A stretch of 64,000 nt of DNA from Hydrogenophaga intermedia (GTDB lineage: Bacteria > Pseudomonadota > Alphaproteobacteria > Azospirillales > Azospirillaceae), in assembly GCA_943371025.1 (NCBI GenBank), contig CALRTC020000013.1, forward strand, positions 4,292 through 68,291, given 5' to 3'. This document shows, piece by piece, positions 28,233-39,628 of this stretch (the first letter of the stretch is position 1; each line of letters opens with the position of its first letter). The notes under the pieces are model-generated. The model was not told the DNA's origin, ran no database searches, and was given only the letters and a program-made list of their open reading frames with translations. A program made the translations under genes and the position numbers.

Positions 28233-29039
28233 ATGGATATGGACCGCCGCCGCCTGTTGACCGCCGCCCTGTCCTTGCCCGTCGCCCTGCCGGCCCTGGC
28301 GCAGGGGGCGTCAATGCTGGACCGGGTGCGTAAGGCGGGGGTGCTGCGGGTGGGGACGACGGGGGATTATTATCCCTATTCGTTCCGCGACCTGAAGACC
28401 GGTGGCTTTCAGGGCTATGAAATCCAGGTGGCGGAGCGGCTGGCAGCCGACCTTGGGGTGAAGCTGCAACTGGTGCAGGCCACCTGGCCGACGCTGGTCG
28501 CCGGCATGATGGCCCGCAAATACGATATCGCCGCCACGGGGGTGACGGTCACCCCGGAGCGGGCCAAGGCCGTGGCCTTCAGCAAGGCGTATCTGCGCCC
28601 CACCTTCATCCCGCTGATCCTGAAGAAGGATGCTGAACGTTTCAAAAGCTGGGATGACCTGGACCAGACCGGCGTCACCATCGCGGTGCAGCAGGGGACG
28701 GCACCGGAGACCATGGCGAAGAAGGTCTTCACCAGGGCGCGCATCCTGTCCGTGGCTGATCCCGTCATTGATTTCACCGAAGTGCTGGCCGGTCGTGCCC
28801 AGGCCGCCTTTACCGACAATCTGTATTTCATGACCAAGATCGGGCGGGAATATCCGCAGCTGACCATGCTGACCAATGGCGCCCGGCCCGGCACCGACAC
28901 CGAAAATGCCATCATGACGCCCTTGGGCGATCCGGTCTGGGTGGACTGGCTGAATGGCTGGGTCGATGCGCGTACAGCGGACGGGTTCTTTGCCGGCTTG
29001 TTCAAGGTCTGGTTCGAAGGCATGGGGCCGGGGAAGTGA
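28233..29039 (+). CDS. Polar amino-acid ABC transporter substrate-binding protein (family 3)
   Basis: ORF 28188..29039; the start was chosen at MDMDRRRLLTAALSLPVALPALAQG (Tat-like RRRLL signal). LRVGTTGDYYPYSF...GYEIQVAERLAADLGVKLQLV...KYDIAATGVTVTPERAK. Confidence 0.8.
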   Translation: MDMDRRRLLTAALSLPVALPALAQGASMLDRVRKAGVLRVGTTGDYYPYSFRDLKTGGFQGYEIQVAERLAADLGVKLQLVQATWPTLVAGMMARKYDIAATGVTVTPERAKAVAFSKAYLRPTFIPLILKKDAERFKSWDDLDQTGVTIAVQQGTAPETMAKKVFTRARILSVADPVIDFTEVLAGRAQAAFTDNLYFMTKIGREYPQLTMLTNGARPGTDTENAIMTPLGDPVWVDWLNGWVDARTADGFFAGLFKVWFEGMGPGK

Positions 29040-29821
29040 GGCTGCCGTTGCGCCTGTTGTCACCCCTGTTGCTGCTGCCCCTCCTGACCGGGTGCAGCGG
29101 CGAGGGCTGGCACATTGTCGATCCGACGACGGCGGAGGGCTGGGGCAACCTTTCTTTCCTCCTGGCCGGTGCCGGCCTGACCCTGGGCCTGTCGGCCATG
29201 GCGCTGGTGCTGGCCATGGGTGTCGGGCTGGTCACGGCTGTGGCGCGGGGCAGCCGGCTGCGGCTGCTGCGGCTGATCAGCGGCGCCTATGTCGAACTGA
29301 TGCGCACGCTGCCGCTGTTTGTGCTGTTGCTCTGGGTTTTCTATGCCCTGCCCATCCTGGTGCAGGGGCTGGACCCGGACGGGATTGGCTTTGCCCTGTT
29401 CGGCTGGATCGCGGAACTGACGCCCTTCACCGCCGCTGTCATCGCCCTGGCCCTGAATGCCGGCGCCTTTCTGTCGGAGATTTTCCGGGCGGGGATCGAA
29501 GGGGTGCCCAGGGGACAGGTGGAGGCGGCGCAGTCCCTGGGCATGGGGCGCTGGCTGATGCTGCGCCGCATTGTCCTGCCCCAGGCGCTGCGGCGCATGC
29601 TGCCACCGATCGTGGGGCAGTTCATCCACACGGTTAAGGACAGTTCACTGGCGTCCGCCATCGGTCTGGCCGAACTGACCCGCCGCGCCACGGAATTGCA
29701 GACCCAGACCTATCGCCCGCTGGAGCTTTATACGCTGCTGGCGCTGGAATATCTGGTGATCCTGCTGCTGCTGTCCCGCCTGTCCCGCTGGCTGGAGGGA
29801 CGGTGGGGCGGGGAACGATAG
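29036..29821 (+). CDS. Polar amino-acid ABC transporter permease
   Basis: 4-nt overlap with the binding-protein gene. EAA-type loop VEAAQSLGMGRWLMLRRIVLPQALRRMLPP and several TM segments. Confidence 0.85.
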   Translation: MRLPLRLLSPLLLLPLLTGCSGEGWHIVDPTTAEGWGNLSFLLAGAGLTLGLSAMALVLAMGVGLVTAVARGSRLRLLRLISGAYVELMRTLPLFVLLLWVFYALPILVQGLDPDGIGFALFGWIAELTPFTAAVIALALNAGAFLSEIFRAGIEGVPRGQVEAAQSLGMGRWLMLRRIVLPQALRRMLPPIVGQFIHTVKDSSLASAIGLAELTRRATELQTQTYRPLELYTLLALEYLVILLLLSRLSRWLEGRWGGER

Positions 29822-29863
29822 GCAAAAGAAAGGGGACGGCGCTGTCGCCAGCCGCCCCAGGGG

Positions 29864-31042
29864 TCAAATGCCGCCGTCGGCCACCGTACCGGTCACATCG
29901 TCCATGCTGGTCATGATGCGGGTATAGGCTTCCCGTTCCACATCCGTCAGGTGGGGATGCCAGACGTCGAAGATCAGAACGACGCGGACATGGTCGCTGT
30001 TGTTCCAGGCCTCATGCTCGATCGTGTCGTCGAAGGCCCAGGCCTTGCCTTCCTGCCATTCGCGCGTGTCATTGCCGACACGGAAGCCGCAGCCGGGCGG
30101 CACGATCAGGGGCAGATGCACCACCAGACGCGTGTTGGCCACGCCATGATGGGGCGGGATCTGCGTATGCGGGTTCAGCACGGAGAACATGGCGACGGGC
30201 GAGCGGTTGGGCACGCGCGGCTGCGGCATCTCCGCCAGCACGTCCATGGTCACGGGACAGCGCGCGGTATTCACCTCCACCGGCCGTCCGCCTTCCAGCA
30301 GATGGATGGCGCTCCAGCGTTTGGAATTGTTCAGTGCCCGCCACTGATCCAGCGGCGCCCAGTCCGGGTACTGGATGTAGGGGGCCATGCGGGCCTTGTC
30401 CGGGTCTTCCATCACCTGGAGCATTTCGCGCCGGATATCGTCGGTTCCAGCCTCCAGTCGGTCCATCCAGGGACAGTCGGCGCGATCAAAGAATTCAATG
30501 GTCGGCAAACCGGGGAAATGGAAATGGGTCGGCTTGGGTGGGTAGAATTTCCGCCGTCCGACAATATGATCGATCATCAGATCGACCCGCTTCGTCTCTG
30601 ACCGGCCCAGCGCGCCTACGGAACTGCGCAGTGCATCCTCGAGTTCCCGCAGATAATCACCATGCACCTGCTGTGCCCGCGCGATGGCGCGGCGCGTCGG
30701 CTCGTCATAGACGGCACCCGGCTGATACTGGGTCAGGGCATTGCCATAGGTCTGCGCCGCCTGCCGCTTCAGCCCCTGCGTCTCCAGCAGGTGTCCGCGC
30801 ATCAGCAGGGCCAGGAAATTGCGGGGATCGACCCGCAGGACATTGTCCAGTGCGGCATGGGCCGCCGGCATATCCCCGACAGCGCGGCAGGCCACGGCAA
30901 GATTGAGACCGATGGATAGATCGGCAGGAAAGCGTTGGGCCGCCTCTTCCAGCATCTCCCGCGCATCACGCAGCCGACCCATCGCCATCATGCGCATGGC
31001 GGTCACATTGGCATCGGGCGCGGTCATCTGGGATATCGCCAT
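29864..31042 (-). CDS. TPR-containing aspartyl/asparaginyl beta-hydroxylase family protein
   Basis: N-terminal TPR units. C-terminal 2-OG/Fe(II) cupin typical of the Asp/Asn beta-hydroxylase (LpxO-like) family: MFSVLNPHTQIPPHHGVANTRLVVHLPLIVP...AWAFDDTIEHEAWNNSD...RVVLIFDVWHP. Confidence 0.8.
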   Translation of the reverse strand: MAISQMTAPDANVTAMRMMAMGRLRDAREMLEEAAQRFPADLSIGLNLAVACRAVGDMPAAHAALDNVLRVDPRNFLALLMRGHLLETQGLKRQAAQTYGNALTQYQPGAVYDEPTRRAIARAQQVHGDYLRELEDALRSSVGALGRSETKRVDLMIDHIVGRRKFYPPKPTHFHFPGLPTIEFFDRADCPWMDRLEAGTDDIRREMLQVMEDPDKARMAPYIQYPDWAPLDQWRALNNSKRWSAIHLLEGGRPVEVNTARCPVTMDVLAEMPQPRVPNRSPVAMFSVLNPHTQIPPHHGVANTRLVVHLPLIVPPGCGFRVGNDTREWQEGKAWAFDDTIEHEAWNNSDHVRVVLIFDVWHPHLTDVEREAYTRIMTSMDDVTGTVADGGI

Positions 31043-31482
31043 ACGCCTAGTCCTTTGAGTCTAACCGGAGCGCCGTTGCTATGGCAGAAGCGCTAGACCA
31101 ATTCGGATCATAGGCATGGGTCCAATTCTGTCCAGACCCCACTTGCAGCTTATGCTTAATTGATGGTTAAGACGGTAACGCCCATCTCCAAATATGTCAA
31201 ATTACGTCAGCATTGCCCAAAACATGGGCATCTCTTTATTCTTCAGTAGGTTAATGATTGATGCGCTGTCCACGGCCGTTACAGAATCGGAACAATTCGG
31301 CACAGACTGGTCGGTGACAGCTCTGTAACGGCCATGCCAGGAAGGTGCCACCTGCGACGGCGGGCGGGCCGTGGGCGCGGGTTCATGCCGCCCACCACCC
31401 CTGTGGCCGGGGGGGGCTTCGGCTGCCATGCATTGTATGGACATTATGCAGTCCGCCTTATGACTGCGGCCCCGGCTGTTCC

Positions 31483-32946
31483 TTATCGGGCCACGGCCAG
31501 CAGGCCATCAAGGTCCAGATGCTCTTCCACCCCTTGCGCGCACGCATCCAGGGCGGCATCGACCGTCGCTTCATAATTCATGGTGGCGGTCAGCCCGAAC
31601 GCTTTCAGGAAATGCCTGCGGAAGGCGTCAGCGGAGAACAACCCGTGCAGATAGGTGCCGGTGACGCGGCCATCTGCCGTTCCCGCCCCGTCCGCAGCTC
31701 CATTCGACAGGTGGATCAGTGGCCGGGCGGCATCCGCCCCCGTGGTGACGCCGACATGCATCTCATAGCCGGCGACGGGGATATCAGCGTCGGCCAGACG
31801 GCCGCTGACATAGCGCAATTCCTTGCGGTCGGTCAGCACGGTTTCAACATCCAGCCAGCCCAGCCCATCGACGCTGCCGGCCGGTCCTTCGATCCCGGCC
31901 GGGTCGCTGATCCGCCGGCCCAGCATCTGATAGCCGCCGCAGATGCCCAGCACACGGCCGCCCCGCCTGATATGGGCGTGGATGTCGACGTCCCAGCCCT
32001 GGGCCCGCAGGAAGGCCAGATCGGCGATGGTGGACTTGCTGCCGGGCAGGATGATCAGGTCGGCATCGGCCGGCAGGGGACGGCCCGGCGGCACCATGGC
32101 GACCGAGACGCCGGGTTCCAGGCGCAGCGGGTCGAAATCATCGAAATTGGCGATGCGCGACAGCATGGGCACGGCGATGCGCAAGCCCTGCCCCGGTCCC
32201 GCCCGCCAATGATCCAGCACGACGGCATCTTCGGCCGGCAGGCGCGATGCGGCCGGCAGGAAGGGCAGAACGCCGAAGGAAGGCCAGCCCGTACGCCGCA
32301 CAATCTCCGTCAAGCCATCATCGAACAGGCTGATATCGCCCCTGAACTTGTTGACGATGAAGCCCTTGATGGCGGCGCGGTCCGCATCGTTCAGCACGGC
32401 ATGGGTGCCAACCAGACTGGCGATCACCCCGCCGCGGTCGATATCGCCGGCCAGGATGACGGGCACGTCGGCGGCCAGGGCAAAGCCCATATTGGCGATG
32501 TCGCGGGCGCGCAGATTGATTTCGGCCGGGCTGCCCGCCCCTTCCACCAGGATCAGGTCGGCCCCCTGCCCCAGGCGCTGGTAGCTGTCCAGCACGGCCG
32601 ACAGCAACTGCCCCTTGCGCTGCTGATAGTCGGCGGCCTGGGCCGTGCCAGCCATGCGGCCCTGCACGATGACCTGGGCGCCGACATCGCTCTGCGGTTT
32701 CAGCAGCACCGGGTTCATATGGACCGACGGGGCGACGCGGGCGGCGCGGGCCTGCAGCGCTTGCGCCCGCCCGATCTCCCCGCCATCGTCGGTGACCGCG
32801 GCATTGTTGGACATGTTCTGCGGCTTGAAGGGCCGCACGGACAGGCCGCGATTGGTAAAGGCACGGGCCAGGGCTGCCACCAGCAGCGACTTGCCCACAT
32901 CCGATCCCGTCCCCTGGATCATCAGGGCGCGCGGCCGCCGTGCCAT
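31483..32946 (-). CDS. cobQ: Cobyric acid synthase
   Basis: [22 protein letters not shown]...[10 protein letters not shown]...[13 protein letters not shown], plus a C-terminal glutamine amidotransferase domain ([11 protein letters not shown]...[11 protein letters not shown]...YEMHVG). Confidence 0.92.
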   Translation of the reverse strand: MARRPRALMIQGTGSDVGKSLLVAALARAFTNRGLSVRPFKPQNMSNNAAVTDDGGEIGRAQALQARAARVAPSVHMNPVLLKPQSDVGAQVIVQGRMAGTAQAADYQQRKGQLLSAVLDSYQRLGQGADLILVEGAGSPAEINLRARDIANMGFALAADVPVILAGDIDRGGVIASLVGTHAVLNDADRAAIKGFIVNKFRGDISLFDDGLTEIVRRTGWPSFGVLPFLPAASRLPAEDAVVLDHWRAGPGQGLRIAVPMLSRIANFDDFDPLRLEPGVSVAMVPPGRPLPADADLIILPGSKSTIADLAFLRAQGWDVDIHAHIRRGGRVLGICGGYQMLGRRISDPAGIEGPAGSVDGLGWLDVETVLTDRKELRYVSGRLADADIPVAGYEMHVGVTTGADAARPLIHLSNGAADGAGTADGRVTGTYLHGLFSADAFRRHFLKAFGLTATMNYEATVDAALDACAQGVEEHLDLDGLLAVAR

Positions 32947-33560
32947 CAGAACTCGATCCCCGCCTGGGCCTTGATGCCGGCATTGAAGGGATGCTTGACC
33001 AGCTGGAATTCGGTCACCAGATCGGCCACTTCCACCAGGGCGGGGCTGGCGTTGCGGCCCGTCAGCAGCACATGCAGGTTGGGCCGGCGCGAGACCAGGG
33101 TCGCCAGCACCTCTTCGGCAGGCAGATAGCCATAGCGCAGGGCGATATTGATCTCGTCCAGAACAATAAGGCGATAGCGCGGATCGGCGAACATGGCCCG
33201 CGCCTTGTCCCAGGCATGGGATGCGGCCTGGATATCGCGTTCCTTGTCCTGGGTTTCCCAGGTGAAGCCCTCTCCCATCACATGATGATCGATCAGGTCG
33301 TCGAACCGTTCCAGCGCCACCTGTTCGCCCGTCGCCCAGGTGCCCTTCAGGAACTGGATAAAGCCGACGCGGAACCCGTGGCCGGCTGCGCGCAGCATCA
33401 GGCCCAGGGCCGCCGTCGACTTGCCCTTGCCATTGCCGGTATGGATCATCAGCAGGCCCTTCTCCTGCTGGCGTTCAGCCACGCGGCGATCCATCAGGGC
33501 CTTGCGCCGTTCCATCTTGGCACGGTGGCGGGCCGCCTCCTCCACGGGGATGATCATCAC
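32946..33560 (-). CDS. cobO: Cob(I)yrinic acid a,c-diamide adenosyltransferase
   Basis: [39 protein letters not shown]...[16 protein letters not shown]...HVLLTGRNA...ADLVTEF..VKHPF. Confidence 0.9.
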   Translation of the reverse strand: MMIIPVEEAARHRAKMERRKALMDRRVAERQQEKGLLMIHTGNGKGKSTAALGLMLRAAGHGFRVGFIQFLKGTWATGEQVALERFDDLIDHHVMGEGFTWETQDKERDIQAASHAWDKARAMFADPRYRLIVLDEINIALRYGYLPAEEVLATLVSRRPNLHVLLTGRNASPALVEVADLVTEFQLVKHPFNAGIKAQAGIEF

Positions 33561-34074
33561 GCTGTCTCCTTCAGCACCATGGGCAGGCCGGCGGCCATGA
33601 ACAGGACGCGGCCGGCGATCCGGGCGATGTCCTTGTGCAGCCGTCCCGCATGGTCGCGAAAGCGGCGGGAAAGTTCATTGTCCGGCACGATGCCCAGCCC
33701 GACTTCATTGCCGACCAGCACGCAGGGAACAACCAGCGTGGGCAGAAGTTCCAGCAAGGCCGCGCATTCAGCCTCAACATCGCTGCCGGCCAGCATGACG
33801 TTGGTCAGCCACAGGGTCAGGCAATCGACCAGCACCGGATGACCCGCCCGGTCGGCGGCGCGCAGGGCCCCTGCCAGGTCCAGCGGTTCCTCCAGCGTGA
33901 TCCAGCCGGGGGCGCGGTCGGCGCGGTGATGGCGAATGCGATCCAGCATTTCCGCGTCCAGCGCCTGCGCCGTGGCGATGTAGGTCCAGGGGCTGGGCAG
34001 TGCGGTGATCATCTGTTCGGCCTGCCGGCTTTTGCCGGAACGGGCCCCGCCAATGATCAGGGTCAGGTCGGCCA

Positions 34075-34078
<4 letters not shown>
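33557..34078 (-). CDS. cobU: Adenosylcobinamide kinase / adenosylcobinamide-phosphate guanylyltransferase
   Basis: LIIGGARSGKSRQAEQM...YIATAQALDAEMLDRIRHHRADR...VLVDCLTLWLTN...VLVGNEVGLGIVPDN.L.RRFRD.AGRL. 4-nt overlaps on both sides. Confidence 0.9.
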
Positions 34079-34866
<788 letters not shown>

Positions 34867-34920
34867 GGCACCCTCCATCAAGGATGACGCCGGATGCCAC
34901 CGGCGCCATCCATTCATGCA

Positions 34921-36804
34921 TCAGAAGGAGACGCTGACCCCGCCGAAGGCCGAACGGCCGGGCGCGCGGTAGCTGCGGACCTCCTGATAGTCCTTGTCGA
35001 ACAGGTTCTCCACCCGGCCAAACAGGCTGACACTGTCCAGCACCTGCCAGCGGGCGGTGACATCAACCACGGTGGCACCATCCAGGACGGGGGCCGTGGC
35101 CGCGGCATTGTCACGCTGCTTGCCGAAATAGCGCAGGGCCGCCCCCAGATCGATGCCCGACCCGACGGTCCAGTCGATGCTGGCATTGACGGTATCCTGC
35201 GGCCGGCGCGGCAGGTCCAGGCCCGTCGTCCGATCCTTGGCATCCAGATAGGTGTAATTGGCCTGCAGCAGCACCGTTTCGATCGGGCGGGCTTCGAAGG
35301 TCAATTCGATGCCCTTGGTGCGGGCCTTGGCGATATTCACATAGGCGCTGGTGAAACCGATCATGTCGTCATAGCTGTTGCGGAAGACGCTGGCGCCCAG
35401 CGTCACCTTGCCGTCCAGCAGGCGCTGCTGGACACCGGCATCGACACCCTTGCCGTCTTCGGCCTTCAGATTGGCATTGCCGTACCAGGGGGCGTAGAGC
35501 TGGTAGAGCGACGGGGCCTTGTTTGCCGTGCCATAGCTGGCACGCAGGATGGTGCCCGTCTGCTGGATTTCATAGGCGCCGGTGGCGCGCCAGGTGGCCT
35601 CCGTGCCGAACTGTTCATTATCGTCGATGCGGCCGCCCAGGGTGATGGTCAGGGCCGGCGTGATCGCCGCCTGATACTGGGCGAAGGCCGACTTGGTGGT
35701 CAGCGCGTCGTCAATATCGGTGCTGGTGGTCGTGCCCTGGGTATTGGTGGTCTTGGCGCTTTCTTCGTCCACCGACAGGCCGATGGTGGCGACGTCATTG
35801 CCACGCAGACGCAGATTGCCCTGATAGTCCAGGGCCTTGCGCCGGCTGTCGAAGGTAGAGAAGCGGTACCAGCCCGTGGGCTCGTCGAAATCGCGGTCGG
35901 TGCTGGCATAGCTGGCGGTCAGGCTGTTCTCAAACGCGCCATCCAGCAGGGTCAGCACGCCGCCGGCCCGCGCGTACCAGGTTTCCTTTTCCTGGCTGGC
36001 ATCGCCATCGGCGGCGAACGGGTCGTATTCGCTGTCCATCCAGGACCAGCCGGCATTGGCTTCGATCCGGAAATTCTCCGTGGCCTTGTAGCCAAGGTGA
36101 CCCGACACGGACCGCGCATCGGTGCCGTCCTTCTCATTCCCGACAAAGGTACGGGAGAAGCCGTCGGTCGACAGGTTGCTGGCCGTGGCAGCATAGCTGA
36201 CCTTGTCCTCGGAACCCGACACGGAGGCCTGCTGGCGGAACGTGCCATAGGCACCGCCTTCGACCGTGCCGCGGAAATTCGGTGCGCCTTCGCCCTGACG
36301 GGTGATGACATTGATGACGCCGGCCATGGCGTCATTGCCGTACAAGGCACTCTGCGGGCCCTTAAGCACCTCGATCCGGTCGATATCGACGGTCATCAGG
36401 CTGTTGAAGTCGAACTCGTTACCCGTGCTGGCGGCGTCGTTCACCTCCACCCCGTCAACCAGCACCTTGACCATGCCGGCTTCCGATCCGCGCAGGCGCA
36501 GGGTGGAGGTGCTGCCCAGCCCGCCGGTGCGGGAAATGGACACACCCGGCAGGCGCTTCAGCACGTCCAGCGCCTGTACCTGCTGGCGCCGCTCGATCTC
36601 GGCACTGTCGATGACATTGACCGTGCTGCCCACCCGGTCGTCCGATGTCGGCACACGGTTGGCGGTCACAATGATTTCCGCCACCTGCACGGCGTCGGAC
36701 TGGGCCAGGGCGGCCGTCGCGGGCAGCAGGGCGGCAGCACTCAGCAGCATCGCGCGAAAAGACTTGTTTACCTTCACTTTTTGACACCCTTCCGTTTCGT
36801 TCAT
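34921..36804 (-). CDS. btuB: TonB-dependent outer-membrane receptor, BtuB-like (assigned from riboswitch and cob context)
   Basis: Signal peptide, then TonB box/plug (AEIIVTANRVPTS...VNVIDSAEIERRQ...RLRGSEAGMVKVLVDGVEVND...IEVLKGPQSALYGNDAMAGVINVITR). C-terminal aromatic end ...GGVSVSF. It lies directly downstream of a cobalamin riboswitch. Confidence 0.85.
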   Translation of the reverse strand: MNETEGCQKVKVNKSFRAMLLSAAALLPATAALAQSDAVQVAEIIVTANRVPTSDDRVGSTVNVIDSAEIERRQQVQALDVLKRLPGVSISRTGGLGSTSTLRLRGSEAGMVKVLVDGVEVNDAASTGNEFDFNSLMTVDIDRIEVLKGPQSALYGNDAMAGVINVITRQGEGAPNFRGTVEGGAYGTFRQQASVSGSEDKVSYAATASNLSTDGFSRTFVGNEKDGTDARSVSGHLGYKATENFRIEANAGWSWMDSEYDPFAADGDASQEKETWYARAGGVLTLLDGAFENSLTASYASTDRDFDEPTGWYRFSTFDSRRKALDYQGNLRLRGNDVATIGLSVDEESAKTTNTQGTTTSTDIDDALTTKSAFAQYQAAITPALTITLGGRIDDNEQFGTEATWRATGAYEIQQTGTILRASYGTANKAPSLYQLYAPWYGNANLKAEDGKGVDAGVQQRLLDGKVTLGASVFRNSYDDMIGFTSAYVNIAKARTKGIELTFEARPIETVLLQANYTYLDAKDRTTGLDLPRRPQDTVNASIDWTVGSGIDLGAALRYFGKQRDNAAATAPVLDGATVVDVTARWQVLDSVSLFGRVENLFDKDYQEVRSYRAPGRSAFGGVSVSF

Positions 36805-36989
36805 GACGATACCGGACGGTGTGCGGACAAGGGGATGCGATGGCGGATCCCGGACGGGACGCCTTCCCCCTGCCTACCGAATGTCAGTTCCCGGACGGGG
36901 TCTGTTGCCCCCGATGCCGACCTGGTTCACCCGCGCACTCCTTCCGAAGCGCCTACGCGAAACGGTGAACCGTCCCATCAGGGCACCCC

Positions 36990-37185
36990 GCCCAATGGCC
37001 GCGCGACGCATTGCCGATGGCAGGTCTCCTGGCTTGCGGGTCGTCGATCCGCCCGGCCTTCCCAGTTTCCCAGTGGCCATATCGGGCATCACTCGCCGCT
37101 TACAGTTGCGGGGGCAGCCGTGGCTTTGAACACCGTTGCCGGTGACGTACCACGTTCCCTTTTCATCCCCTTGCGGGGAACCATC
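36990..37185 (-). promoter_or_regulatory. Cobalamin (AdoCbl) riboswitch
   Basis: The minus strand reads ...aaaagggaacgtggtacgtcaccggcaacggtgttcaaagccacggctgcccccgcaactgtaagcggcgagtgatgcccgatatggccactgggaaactgggaaggccgggcggatcgacgacccgcaagccaggagacctgccatcgg. It contains AAGGGAA, GCTGCCCCCGCAACTGTAAGCGGCGAG, GCCACTGGGAAACTGGGAAGGC and the B12 box AGCCAGGAGACCTGCC (plus-strand 37019-37033). Boundaries are approximate. Confidence 0.88.
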
Positions 37186-37468
37186 GATGTTTCCGTCTTA
37201 TCCTGCGCCGCATCGAACCGGCAAGCACGCCGTGTGTCATGGCAGCCGGCAGCCTGGCTCATGCTTGGGGTGGGATCGTTCCCAATGAATAGTTTGCAAC
37301 AATTGAAACTCGATCCCGCCTTAATAACTGACACACTTTCGTGGTATGTGCCTTAGTGCCAATTCAACACGACAGTAACATCCGGCCGTACACATGTATC
37401 GATCGGACCCAGAATCGTGCCTATTGGTCGTCATATGTCACGGACAGCGGGAACGGGGGCCGATCTTA

Positions 37469-39547
37469 ATGCTTTCGGCAATGAAATCATCTTTGAAAAC
37501 CAGATTACTGATGTCAGGCATTGCCCTGTGTCTGGCCCTGGGGTTGGGCCTGACGGCGATGGAGGCTTTCCTGTCGCACCGGACGATCAAGTCGCAGGCG
37601 CAGGAAACATTGCGCGAGGCGGCGGGTGAATACCAGCTGATTGCCGCTGATGTCATCGAACGCGCCATCCGCAACGCCACAAACATCAACGCAATGATGG
37701 AAGGCGGCGTCAAAAGCAAAGGTTTCAGCCGGGATCTGGTTACGACCCAGACCATGGCCGCCGTCGAGGCCAATCCCAACATTGTCGGCGTCACCGTCGC
37801 GTTCGAACCGGACGGGTTTGACGGCAATGATGCGGCCGCCATCGGCCAGCCGGGAACGGATGCGAAGGGTCGTTTCGTTCCCTATTACTTCCGCAAGGGC
37901 GATGGGACCGTCGGCATAGAGCCATTGATCATGACGGTCGAGGCGGGGATCAAGGAATGGTACCTGGACCCGATCGAGCTGAACCGGACATTGCTGACCA
38001 CGCCCTATATCTATCCGGTCGAGGGCAAGGATGTGCTGATGGTGACGGTGTCGGTGCCCCTGCACCGAAGCGCCAAGGTTGTCGGCGTCACCACAACAGA
38101 CCTGGCATTGACGGCGCTTCAGCAGCAGTTTGCCGATTTCCGGCCGCTGGGGGCGGGTGACGTCCGGTTGCTGGCCCATAACGACCATTGGGTGGTGCAT
38201 CCCGATTCCGCCCGCTTGAACAGTGCATTGGAAAAAGGGGCGCTGGCCGATCTGGTCGCGCGCGTCCGGCGGGAAGGCCATGCTGTTCAGGAAATGCTGC
38301 CGCTGGATGGTGGCGACCGGATGATCGTGGCAGCGCCGGTGGCCTTCAGTGGCGTGAAGGAACAATGGACGCTGGTGGTGACCCTGCCCATCGGGGTGGT
38401 CAACGATGCCCAGATCGCCAACACCACCACGCTCGCCATCATCAGCGTCCTGTTGATCATGGCTGCCGCCATAGCCTTTGCCTGGATGGGCAACAGCGTG
38501 ACGAAGCCGATCCTGGCCCTGACCGATGCCATGACCCGGCTGCGCCAGGGCCAGCTTGACACATTCGTTCCCGGTGCCGACCGTCCCGACGAAATCGGCC
38601 ATATGGCGGAGGCCGTGCAGGAATTCCGTGACGGGCTGGCCCAGGCGGAAAGGCTGCGGGCCGACGGCGCCAGGCGGGAGGCGGAGGCGGAAGCGACGCT
38701 GCGCGCCGACCGCCAGGCGCTGGCAGAGCGGTTCGAGCGCGAGGTGGGCGCCCTGCTGCGGGCCGTCACCGACAGCGCGGGCCAGATGCTGGACCAGATG
38801 CGCCGGATGTCCGGGGATTGTGACGACACCCAGCAAAGCGCTTCCATCGGCGCCTCGGCCGTCACCCAGGCCGCGTCCAACGTGCAGACCGTCGCTGCCG
38901 CCGCAGAGCAGCTGCGGGCGTCAATCGCGGAAATCGGCAGTCAGGTACAGATGTCCGCCACCGTCGCCTCCCGTGCCGCCGAAGAAGCCGGCACCGCCAC
39001 AGGCACGGTGGATGAACTGACGCAAAGTGCCGAACGCATCGGCGCCGTCGTCAGCCTGATCTCCGACATCGCAAGCCAGACCAACCTGCTGGCGTTGAAC
39101 GCAACGATCGAGGCAGCAAGGGCCGGAGAAGCCGGAAAGGGCTTTGCCGTGGTCGCATCGGAGGTGAAAAATCTGGCGACGCAGACGGCCAGGGCCACGG
39201 AAGAGATCGCCGAGCTGGTCGGCGGCATCCGCAATTCCTCCGGCGAGGCGGCGCGGGCCATGAACGGCATCGTGACCACCATCCGCACCATCAACGAAAC
39301 GGCGACCGCCATCGCCGGTGCGGTGGAACAGCAGACGGCCGCCACGCAAGAGATTGCCCGCAATGTGAATGAGGCGGCGCGCGGCACGGAGGAGGCGTCG
39401 CGTGCCATTCAAGGCATCGCCGACAAGGTGCTGGCGGTGACCGAAGCGGCGGTGACGGCGCTGGACCGGGCCACCAAGGTTCGTGGCAGCGCCGGGGAGG
39501 CCGACCAGCAGGTTGGCCGCTTTGTCGCCCAGATCCGCCAAGGCTGA
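37469..39547 (+). CDS. Methyl-accepting chemotaxis protein with a periplasmic dCache-type sensor and HAMP
   Basis: ORF 37394..39547; start is ATG 37469 or 37481. TM1, a Cache-like periplasmic domain of about 270 aa ([13 protein letters not shown]...[34 protein letters not shown]), TM2, HAMP, and MCP core [37 protein letters not shown]. Confidence 0.87.
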   Translation: MLSAMKSSLKTRLLMSGIALCLALGLGLTAMEAFLSHRTIKSQAQETLREAAGEYQLIAADVIERAIRNATNINAMMEGGVKSKGFSRDLVTTQTMAAVEANPNIVGVTVAFEPDGFDGNDAAAIGQPGTDAKGRFVPYYFRKGDGTVGIEPLIMTVEAGIKEWYLDPIELNRTLLTTPYIYPVEGKDVLMVTVSVPLHRSAKVVGVTTTDLALTALQQQFADFRPLGAGDVRLLAHNDHWVVHPDSARLNSALEKGALADLVARVRREGHAVQEMLPLDGGDRMIVAAPVAFSGVKEQWTLVVTLPIGVVNDAQIANTTTLAIISVLLIMAAAIAFAWMGNSVTKPILALTDAMTRLRQGQLDTFVPGADRPDEIGHMAEAVQEFRDGLAQAERLRADGARREAEAEATLRADRQALAERFEREVGALLRAVTDSAGQMLDQMRRMSGDCDDTQQSASIGASAVTQAASNVQTVAAAAEQLRASIAEIGSQVQMSATVASRAAEEAGTATGTVDELTQSAERIGAVVSLISDIASQTNLLALNATIEAARAGEAGKGFAVVASEVKNLATQTARATEEIAELVGGIRNSSGEAARAMNGIVTTIRTINETATAIAGAVEQQTAATQEIARNVNEAARGTEEASRAIQGIADKVLAVTEAAVTALDRATKVRGSAGEADQQVGRFVAQIRQG

Positions 39548-39628
39548 CAGAAGCGAAACGATTGCGGAACATCGCCCGGAACGGGTAAGGCTTAAGGCCC
39601 GATCCCGTTCCGGTGCCCCCGTCCGCCC

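Noticed and set aside
31274-31333. 12-bp perfect inverted repeat (ggccgttacaga ... tctgtaacggcc) with a 36-nt loop, in the AT-richer region between cobQ and the beta-hydroxylase gene.
   Set aside because: It is a single isolated hairpin with a large loop, no adjacent U-tract and no recognisable family. It could be a chance structure or a protein-binding site, and the evidence is insufficient for a call.
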